This document shows, in pieces, positions 53,264-64,000 of a stretch of 64,000 bases of DNA (position 1 is the stretch's first letter; each line of letters opens with the position of its first letter). Origin of the DNA: Octopus vulgaris (taxonomy: Eukaryota); NCBI GenBank assembly GCA_951406725.2, contig OX597833.1, forward strand, positions 42,842,001 through 42,906,000, in the 5' to 3' direction. A program made the translations under genes and the position numbers. The notes beneath the pieces are model-generated. The model searched no databases. It saw only the letters and a list, made by a program, of their open reading frames with translations, and was not told the DNA's origin.

Positions 53264-54468
53264 GCATCAATAACACAACCCGCAGGTATTTTGTTGTTAG
53301 GACGTTTTTATCTGATTTAAAAGTTTCTTGATGTTCTGAATCCAAAAACGGAATCCATTTTTTACCATCACGTCTAGATTGCAAGATATTCACACAGCTC
53401 CTCACTCCGCCGATAATCAGTAGGTGATATGCATGGACTTTAAAATCGTCAAGTTTCTCCTGGTTGCTCCATATATCTATGCTTCTTATGCAGAGCACGG
53501 GGAAAAGCATTAGGTGATCAAAGAATGACCGCATCGAACATTAGTTCCACGGTCTTTTAGTGTAGTCGAAGTGTCTTTAGTTCAATCAGGAGAAATCATC
53601 CTACCTCCTCTCCATATCAAACTTGGATAAAGATGGACCATACTTTCACTATATTTGCAACGGCCTGAGCAGTGAAAAGATCAAAGCCTCAAATTTGAAA
53701 ATGGGCCTCAAATTTGAAAATGGGCCTCAAATCAGAAAATGGGCCACCAATCAGAAAATTGCTGGAAGATGGGAACTTTGTAAATTCAAAGAATTGCATT
53801 GAAGCAGCAGCAAGAAATTTATCTGTAATAATTGTAAATGCCTTACTGGGTAATAAATAGGCAGCCAACTATGCCGAAATAGTCAAAAGTATACATGAGA
53901 ACTTTCAAAAGTTGGAAGAAAATATGCGCAAAAAGCTGCACAGCCAATTGGATAATCTTGGAGACAAGCAAGGAGAACATTTCCATGAGGACATAAACTC
54001 AATGGAAGAAAGGTGTCAAGGCAGCTGAGATTTGCATAAGATGACAAACTATTGCTGAAACTTGGCCCGTGATTTTTCTGGGGTTCAGCACTCAAGAAAA
54101 TCATCCAAACGCGAATTCATGGGAAATTAGGCTTAAATAATGATGTAATTTGTTTGTAGAAATTTAGAGATTGCTATTAATTTTTCAGTAGAATTTTTTA
54201 AGAAAAGATTCTTGCTTTGAAGAAAAACCAATTTCTCTGTATGTTCGTATGTTATGTCTTGTTTCTCATAAGCTGTTCTATTAAACAAAAAAACAAAAAA
54301 CAAAAAACAAACAAAAGATGATGAAATTCTACAGATCCAGTATCTTTAAATCTTAACGTGATGGTAATAAATGAATGTCATTTTCGGATTCGGTGTGTCA
54401 AAAAAAACCTCTAGATGAAGTAAAAATCTTTTGACAGCAGAGAAACATTTTTCTTTTTGTTGCCTGTG
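53264..54468 (+). mobile_element. Decayed Chapaev3-like DNA transposon
   Basis: Frames give IILPPLHIKLG, LSSEKIKA, GP(Q/P)IRK and QGEHFHEDINSMEERCQGS*...NYC*NLARD (GERFHQD-type); subterminal ccatcacgt / acgtgatgg inverted motif. Confidence 0.7.
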
Positions 54469-54660
54469 CATTTTTTATTCCTCTCTAGTACGCCAATGAA
54501 AATGAAAATTGAGAGCCACTGTCTTATGGAAGTCATTCAAATAATCATCGGTAATGTCATGAATCAAGGATAAAAGAAGCATAGTATAGTTAGCCGTCAC
54601 TCACGAGTGAGTATACCTTGCATTCGATAATTGTTGTAGGCGACAAACACAGACGCACAA

Positions 54661-54699
<39 letters not shown>

Positions 54700-54700
<1 letters not shown>

Positions 54701-54857
54701 GACGGACTTCTTTCAGTTTCTATCTAGCAAATCCACTCACAGGGTTTTGGTCGGCCCGAGGCTATAGCAGAAGACACTTGCCCAAGGTGCCACGCAGTGG
54801 GACTAAATCTGGAACCATGTGGTTGCGAAGCAAGCTTCTTTCCACACAGCCACGCCT
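54700..54857 (-). mobile_element. SINE family A, 5' half
   Basis: Matches the other family A copies. Confidence 0.85.
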
Positions 54858-55611
54858 GTTTAAACAAAACTGCTAGGATCCTTAAAAATACCACGATTTC
54901 TATTTTATAAATACATACATCTTCATAGCTTTTTCTTTATGTTAAATTTCTCGTATGTCTTCGATTTTGTTCCATGGAAGAAGTTTTGAAGATTTAGAGC
55001 CTGTCTCCGTTTACGTTCCATAGAAAAACCATACTTTATTCTGCAAGAACCTTGAGGAAGTTTCTTGGGGTTTGAGGAGACTTTCTGCCACGAAATCTCG
55101 GAATAACATCTCTGCTAATTAAGTGAGCTTGTGATAGTATTTGTAAGATAACAGTCTCTGACTGAGCACAAAACCAACAATTTTGAGTCGATACCATCAG
55201 TTCCAGTATTAGACTGGTACATTACTTTAATGATTTTGTAGGGATGAAAGGCTAAGTTGGCGTCCCCAGGATTTGAATTCAAAATACAAAAATTTGGACG
55301 TAAGATAATATAGCATTCTAACGTTCTAATGATTCTGCCAGTTTGTTGCCGTATGGCACAAGGTCAGAAATTCAGGAAGAGGGAGTTAACCAATTAGATC
55401 GAAACCACTACTCGATTGGTGCTGATTTTATCGATCCCTTATTGTAGGCTGAAGGCAAATAATTTTGAAGAAAGTTGGAGGATTAGTGGATTACAAGTCC
55501 CTAGCACTGGTCTTCGGTGAGATTTAGGCTCAGAACATCAAGAGTCGGAAGCAAAACTTCTAAGAATTTTCTCTAATGCTCTGGCGATATTGCTGTTTTT
55601 TTCTCCAAATA

Positions 55612-56167
55612 TTGGGTTGTCCGGAAAGTTTGTGCCGATTTTTAAAGGAAAGTAAAAAGGTCAATAAATACTTGCCTTTACATTTTTGATCGACCAAATA
55701 TGAACCATTTTGTTGCACAATGCGTCTCCATCTTTCCTTTAACTTGAAAATACCCTCTTCCCAGAATTGAGGTGTGATTTCATGGCAAAGAATTCATCAA
55801 GGTATCTTTTTACGTCATCCAAGGAATTGAAATTTTTACCATTAAGACTATTCTGTAGAGACCTGTGTAAGTGGAAATCCGAAGGAGCAATATCTGGTGA
55901 ATATGGAGGGTGGGGTAGCACATCCCAGTCGAGCTGCAGCAATTTTTGTCTGGTTACCAAAGCATCAAGTGCCGAAATGAACTTTCTTATCTTCCATTTT
56001 AAAGGATTACAGAATTAACACAGGTTATAGGAACATAAATCTTCTTCCACGAAAAGATAGCTTAGACTGTGCTCTGAATGGAGGTGTAACCAAATTCTCT
56101 TTTAAGCACTCAACCTTGTTCTAAAATAAGCTACCATAAATCGGCACGAACTTTCCGGACAACTCAA
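55612..56167 (-). mobile_element. Internally deleted mariner element with intact TIRs and TA target duplication
   Basis: TA-ttgggttgtccggaaagtttgtgccgattt ... aaatcggcacgaactttccggacaactcaa-TA; N-terminus MEDKKVHF joined to WDVLPHPPYSPDIAPSDFHL. Confidence 0.95.
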
Positions 56168-57577
56168 TATTTGTAACACAGGTATATGTCACACGAAGAA
56201 ACGAAGTCAATTTATTATAATTTATGCTTGAATGATATTTATTTAATCAAATCCGGAAACGATGACAGGAAAGATTAAAATCGGCGGCGATCAATTCATA
56301 ACTTAAAAGCACATAACTAAACATTATTCCTTGCAATTTATACCACCGTTATCACTTTTGGAAATCTATAAATAATACGAATGAAACAAGTGTCGAACAG
56401 TAGCTCTTTTGCTTCGCTCATGCGACATTCCACGCAATATGAAATAATATGATGTCAGAGGAAGGCGAGGCGAGATACTTTAGTACAACGACTGTAACCT
56501 ACTCTATAACCAGTTCTCGAAAAGAACCAATTTCGAAGTAGCGCAACTTCGAGGTAGCGGGTAGGAAAGAGGAAGCAATGGCATACCAGAAAATTGTGCT
56601 AAGTCAGGTTATTGTTGTTTAGCCCAAGGTCGCCCATGACTGAGCAGAACTACGATCAAAGGGATTCAAGTTGTAATCATCCTGTCTTTCCCTCTGTTCT
56701 TTAATTTTTAAAAGCAACAGTTAGAGTTTTAACTATTATTTCTTGCAAGTCAAGTGGTTCTACTAAGGATTTACTGTTGGCTCGTATCAGGTCATGCAAG
56801 CACATTAAAGGTTGCAAAATCACACATGCACAAATACATTCATTCATTCTTACAAACATATCTACATGTTAACCCAAACATACACATATACGCATTCAGA
56901 ATGACACATATATGCATGTATGTATACACGCATATACACACATACACACAAAAAGACACATACGTACTCAGTGAAACATACTCTCACCTACTTACTACAT
57001 ACATACGCATATAGAAACTTTTTCGACGCATGTGTAGGTTCCACAGCCTGTGGGACTGGCAAATTCCTGAGCTTAGTTTACTGGCTGAGAATGGAGGTGA
57101 AAAAGGAGGCTAATTTAGTGGTTGATATTTTTTAGCGTTGGTGGTGGAGGAAAAGATGATGGTCGTGGAAGCGGTGGTGATTGTAGTGGTGGTGGGGAGT
57201 CGTGAAAATGTTGGGGGTGTCGGCGGTTCAAATGGTAATGGAGATGTGGAAGTAGTGGGGTTTTGGAGCTAAGGAACATTCTTTTGCTAAGACTAAAAGG
57301 AATCTTTTATGTTTCTTTCAGAAGACTTAATTGTTGATTGTGTCGACATTTCATCTGTTTACAACTGACATTATTTGGTTACTTGGCACCGTTTCCAATT
57401 GAAAATCATATATATCTCTAGCATCCCCATTCCTTATGTGTGTGCGTGTTTGTTAAGTGTGTAAAGTACGTATGTGTGTATGTATGTGTATGTGTGTGTG
57501 TTTGTCTATGATTTTGATATAACGTGATTTATATGTGTGTGTATGTATATGTATGTACATATATACATCTATATCTA

Positions 57578-57689
<112 letters not shown>

Positions 57690-58128
57690 CATATATATGT
57701 ATATACATATATCTATATCTATATGTATATTATACATGTATGTATATACATATATACATATATATCTATGTATAAATACATATGTATATATGTGTGTGTG
57801 CGTGTATATATATATACACACACATATGTATACGCGGAGTAGATGAAACAGAGGCGGCTGAAGAAGGGGAATTTTCCTTGTGTTGTATGTCCTGTACTCT
57901 ATTTTTTCGTTGTTTAAGAAAAATGTCCATTTCCTTGGTTTTGTGTTTATGTTTTCGTTTCTCATTGTGTTCGACGTTTTTTTTTTGTGTCCTGTACCCA
58001 TATATGCATGTATATATACATGTAGATATAGGTACGTACATATATGTATGTATACATGCATATGTTTTATTTATTAATTTGTTATTATATGACGGAACGC
58101 ACGCATTCATTTCTAAGTAAGTTTTTTC

Positions 58129-58170
<42 letters not shown>

Positions 58171-58737
58171 TATGTATGAATGTATGTATGTGTGTATGTA
58201 TGTTGTATGTGTCTGGATGTTTATCTACGATTCTGTTCGTATGCTTGTTTATAATAATCAATAGTATCATTTGTACGACTATATGTATGTGAGTGTGTGT
58301 GTTAAATATCATATTAAATACATTTGTATATACGTACGTATGTATGTATGTATGTATGTATGTATGTATGTATGTATGTATGTATGTATGTATGTATGTA
58401 TAGGTGTATGTGTTTGTATATATTTTATGTATTTAGGCGTGTATGTATGTATATATGGGGGAAACTAGCGTTTTTTTTTAATTGAATGTTACTTTTTTCA
58501 TCAACATCAGTTTTAGTCTCATCATCGTCACTACTATCAACGTAAGGATCATCATCATTATTATATGCAGCAACATCGTCACCAACCTAATCACCATTAT
58601 TATCGCAATCATCACCCTCAGTTATCATCAACGCCAATCATCGATGTCGACCATCACCGTGATCCATCCCAACTCCGCCTCTTTCTCACTATAATGTGTG
58701 TATGACTCAATATGAGACGGTATGTGTGTACCACAGA

Positions 58738-58818
<81 letters not shown>

Positions 58819-59221
58819 GGAGAGAGAGAGAGAGGGAGAGAGAGCAGGAAGGAGGTTTGCACTGGTATCCATAAATTAGGCCAGCGCTGTAGTGGATATC
58901 TAATTTGCAGTTTTGACTCTTCATCATTAATATGTATGTATATGAACTCAGGTAGGTGGATATGTAGCTAAGTATGTAGGTAGGTAGGTATGTATGTATG
59001 TAGGTAGGTATATGAGGTAGGTAGGTATATAAACTGCTCAGTTTATTTCTACAAAATTTCACTCTCAATACATTGGTACAGTCGAGGGTAATGTAGAACG
59101 CATGTACTTAATATAGAGCGCCATAGGATGGAACCCGGAACCACAAAATAGATTTATTACTTATTGGGCTACAACACTTTTTTTATATATTCTACTTACA
59201 CACAGAGATATACATGCATAA

Positions 59222-59270
<49 letters not shown>

Positions 59271-59392
59271 TGCATCCATGCACAATCCCGCACAATGACA
59301 CACAGACACGGTCACATATACAGTTCGAGTTACAATCGGTGTACTGAACACCTCTTTTCCACCACCACTTCTCTCTCTCTCTCTCTCATATG

Positions 59393-59439
<47 letters not shown>

Positions 59440-59690
59440 AAAAGTTGGGTAAGACATAATTATCTAATTCTTATGCTTTCCTAAAACTATAAACGTACGT
59501 CCGTAGGTACTATATTGTATGATCGATTGTCGTCATTTCTTCTTCTTGCCTGTCTGTGTTTGCCTTTCAAGTGCTGTGGTTTTACTGAGATCTCCTTTTA
59601 GTAGAAAGAATAGCTATAACTCTTTGACTGCTATTTCTAAATTCGGTGTGTGAGGCAAATGTTGCTAAACCCTTAATTACTTAGTATTAC

Positions 59691-59723
<33 letters not shown>

Positions 59724-59879
59724 ACACATTATATGTATGTATGTATATATATGTATATATATATATATATATACAGTCATATGTATATACACCCGCATAT
59801 ATAGTCGTAAAAAAGACGTAAATATGGACATATGTATATATGTGTGTGTTGTGTGTCTGTGTATACACACACACACACA

Positions 59880-59917
<38 letters not shown>

Positions 59918-60117
59918 CACACATATATATATATATACATATGTATTATTTTATTTAGGATTTATTTCAATTTGTTCATTTTGTGTTATGTTTAATTCAT
60001 TGAAATTCGTCACACATTCCTTCATCCGAATGCCAATAACTACTCCCACATCCAGAATATATTGGAGTGGCAGGAATACGTAGAAGTGAAATATACACGT
60101 GTATGTATGCGTGTATA

Positions 60118-60153
<36 letters not shown>

Positions 60154-60207
60154 CATATGGAACAAATAAAGTATATTGGACGCTCAGGAAAGAAGGGAAG
60201 AAAGAGG

Positions 60208-60242
60208 GTTTGACGTTTCGAGCGGAGCTCTTCGTCGGAAAC
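60208..60242 (-). ncRNA. Ultra-minimal hammerhead motif in a ~160-bp insert between (TA)n tracts
   Basis: Minus strand reads gttt CCGACGA a gagc tcc gctc GAA ACGT C aaac. Confidence 0.75.
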
Positions 60243-60317
60243 ATAGGAGAAGGAAAGATCCCGAGAAGGGAAGACAGGGGGAAAAAATCGCTAGTGATAC
60301 AGACGAGGTCACATATA

Positions 60318-60366
<49 letters not shown>

Positions 60367-60373
60367 GTGTGTG

Positions 60374-60426
<53 letters not shown>

Positions 60427-60535
60427 CATATGTATATATGTGTATAATAGAATCCACACACATGGATTTATAAACGTGTGTGTTTTAGTGTGTGCGAGCG
60501 TAATGATCAATGACCCATCGCTTCAGACTGTATAT

Positions 60536-61996
60536 GACTCATAAACCAACAACGTGCTAAAAACACTGAGCATTTAGATCAAGAAAACAAGAAGTCCTGT
60601 TGAATCTCTGGTAGTCACTCGTTCTTATGCATCAGAAACTGTGTTCCTGCCATACTGCGGAGCTTACTAACTAATAAAACTCAGTCTAGCGGTCGCGTAG
60701 AATGAAGATTACTTGTAAGTAGAATACATCATTTTCAGTGATTGACGTCTTCTCAATAAGATCCTGGAGATTACGGAGAGCATCCGGTTCATCGAGTTGA
60801 TTGATCATAAGAAACCAATGTGTCCTTTGCAGAGTTTGATTGCAAATCGTGTAAGTTGAATTGTTTTGCTCAATTTGCGTGCTAGCTCTCATTTGTCAAT
60901 TTGTACGGCGACAACCGATCAGGAAGTGATGCCACACGTCCTATTGTGTGTGCTGATGGTTTGGATGCTACCGTACAGTACAAAAATTTCTCTATTAAGA
61001 TTTCTTTGCGCACAAAAGGCTGAGAAATTCCCCACCAACTTCAATCTGAGAAGCGTGAATGCAAACGCCATCTTCTAATAATTTCGACTGGAACATCTCT
61101 AGTGTGTTGTGTACTATGTAAAAATCCATTAGCATAATTATAGTATGATTATATTCAGCCATACCTTCAGTGTTGTCTCAATTTCAAAACTCACAGCGTG
61201 TAACAGAGAGAGAGAGAAACCAGGAAGGAGGTTTCACCTGGTGTACATAAATTAGTCCAGCGCTGTAGTGGATACTCTAATTTGCAGTTTGAATGTATGT
61301 ATGTGTGTATCTATGTAGTTGCGTGCGCGTGTATATGTGCCTGGATGTTTATCTACGATTCTGTTCGTATGCTTGTTTATAATAATCAATAGAATCATTT
61401 GTACGACTATATATATATGAGTGTGTGTGTGTGTGTTAAATATCATATTAAATACATTTGTATATACGTACGTATGTGAAATAAAGTACTTTCAAAACAT
61501 CGGGAGCAAAAATTTACAAGTACAAGATGAAGTACAAGTTCTTACAACTGAGGAAACCATCCAAATGTCGGAAAGCCTATATATATATATCTTAAGAAGC
61601 TCGATCCAGTCTTAATTGCTTCCTGTCGAAGCACGCTTTCTTCAGTGAGATAAATCCTTTGTCGGCATATGCTGTCTGCCACCCAACTCTAGAAAAAATG
61701 TCTCTGTTTCTAACTTACTATAAATCAGCTCTAAAAACCGGATGTTCTTCATAATCTCCAGAATCTCGTTTAGCAGACATTTATCACTGACTATGCTGCA
61801 TGCTAAATGCAGGCTATCTTCAATTTGTGAAATCGTTAGTTCGTGCAATTAGTGATATCCACAGTACGAAGGGAACATAGTAGGCGGGTAATACTTCAGA
61901 CATTTAAGAACTATTGACTACCAGAGAATCAACATGACTTCTTGTTCTCTTAATCTAAATGCTCCGAGTTTTTAGCACGTTGTTGGTTTATGAGTC
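60536..61996. repeat. Diverged long inverted repeat (~300-bp arms) enclosing a locally copied segment
   Basis: gactcataaaccaacaacgtgctaaaaac... at 60536 mirrors ...gtttttagcacgttgttggtttatgagtc ending at 61996; similarity extends to ~60810 and ~61720. Confidence 0.75.
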
Positions 61997-63199
61997 TGAA
62001 ATGCGGCTGAAATGATGCATCATTGCTCCTTACCTACACATACACGTTTATAAAATGCATGCATGGGGATTATACATACATGCGTTTATAAATGCATGCA
62101 TACGAACTATACATCCATCCATCCATCCATCTATCCATCCATCCATACATACATACACACATACACACATACATTCATACATACATACATACATACATAC
62201 ATACATACATACATACATACATACATACATACATACATACACGCGTGCGCATGCACACATGTATATATATGTATGTATATATGTATATATATATATACAC
62301 ATACATATTCGTATCTATACAAATATATATATATACATACATTCAATTATACGCACACATACACCCCACACACACACACACAAGCACGCATATCCTTACA
62401 TGCAAATGTACATATATCTATGCACAAGCTGTTTTAAATTAATAACATTACTAATCTCTATATCCTTGCGGCCATTACCTCACTAGTGATTAGATCAACA
62501 TGCAGTATGAAAGCGGATCAGTGGAGGCATTATGTCCCACCGAACAGCACTTGACTTCAGAGCTGACTGTTGTCAAGAAATACACCCCTTAAATGGGTCG
62601 CTCTGCTTGAAGTGGGATCTACAGCCAGCGAGATAAAAATTACCCAGTACGAAAAATAGGAAAAACCTTTCCAAATCAATAACATACTATACTCGCTAAA
62701 AATGAAAATGATAGCAAGTGAACAGCTGCCGCTTGGTATTGGCTGAGTAATTTGCATCCGCACTGTGCAGTACTTCCTTTGGATATAGCACCTCGGATTC
62801 TCAAGTGAGAACTGTAGATACTATATCCGAAGAGAGACAAAGAAAAATGGTACTACGTTTCTTCTAACTACAACATGTGTGATGGTAACACTGGAAAAGA
62901 ATTTATAAAACACAGCTTGAGATGCCTTCTAATGTAAGAAACTACACTCACTGTTGTTGACATTACAATGGACAATGAAGTTGTAGAGAAATTTCTTAGG
63001 CTTTGTCTGAACGACATTTAACTGAATATGAAGCCGGCTCAATAAAAAACCTGATTATGCAATATTAAAATTGGAAACCATAGAATTGAAGTAGGGTATG
63101 TGCAGCATACATATATCCTATTCGAGCGGTGTCTCATAAAAATGATTCATATTAAAATCTCTTTTGTCATTTGCAGTTATTTATACCGCTTATATATAG

Positions 63200-63570
63200 T
63201 GGAGACATAGTAGTGTAGTTAAAAAAAGCTCTGTTGAAACCCGCGTGGTTTCGGATTCAATCCCAGGGCACGGCAACTTGGAAAAAGAAAGTGTCTTTTA
63301 TTAATACCTCGGACCCGACCAATACTATAGGTGTGTGTGTGTTTGTGCGCGTGCGTCTGTGTTCGTGTGTGTGTGTGTGTGTGTGTGTCTGTGTTCGTAT
63401 GTGTGTTTGTCTCCCACACCGCTTGACAACAGGTGTTGTTTTGATTACGTCCTCGTAACTTGGCGGTCCGTCAAATGTGTGAAAGGTAAGTACTGGTAAA
63501 AAAAAAAAGAAGTACTGGGCTCGATTTGTTCGACTGACCCCAATGGTTGAAGGAAGTAAAATTTGAAAGA
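63200..63570 (+). mobile_element. Decayed SINE family A
   Basis: ggattcaatccca...caccgcttgacaacaggtg...gtaacttggcgg. Confidence 0.6.
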
Positions 63571-64000
63571 TGCATTGTATTCATACAGGAGAAGTAGCTG
63601 CCTTGATGTTCCATTTATTCATATAATCTTAGTATTTGAATTACACTTACAGATGTATAATAATATCATTGGAACAATTCCAAAGGCTGCCTTCAGCATA
63701 AAGAACATATAGTTAAAATTGATTTTAATTAAATACATTCCATAAATTTCTTCTATGCTGTAACTATTACCATCTTTAATAAAATATCACACCTATCAAA
63801 TGTTTACAATTAATAAGTCGATGTTATGTCATTCTGACGATTTCTAAAGAGAATGAAATAGTGCTATACACGATTATCAACGACTAGAAATTTTAGGAAC
63901 TTCTTGATATAGAAACAAAAACGTAATATGTAAACAAATAAAGAATGAAATATGTTGATACTATTCACGTTTTTCTTAATAATTTCTTAATTTCAATTTC

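Noticed and set aside
63834-63868. CTGACGA...GAAA tagtgcta TA hammerhead-like core
   Set aside because: Stems II and III are plausible but no stem I pairing is visible; it could be a decayed copy or chance.

Overview
This is AT-rich, microsatellite-dense eukaryotic non-coding DNA, most likely intronic or intergenic. The tRNA-derived SINE families look like those of octopus (my recognition, not a database result). I find no intact protein-coding gene; nearly all ORFs in the track are translated microsatellites or SINEs. The window holds dozens of SINE copies from three families, a decayed R4/Dong-type retrotransposon in (TAA)n, an RTE fragment, and mariner, maT, Chapaev, Tigger and hAT remnants. 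The most notable feature, invisible to the ORF track, is about 12 full and 3 partial minimal type I hammerhead ribozyme motifs from several unrelated short elements, mostly next to (TA)n tracts. Most lie in outward-facing inverted-repeat pairs, as expected for Penelope-like pseudo-LTR insertions. Two unrelated elements carry the compensatory U3-A8 core instead of C3-G8. All folds were read by eye and no activity is demonstrated. Repeat boundaries are approximate.
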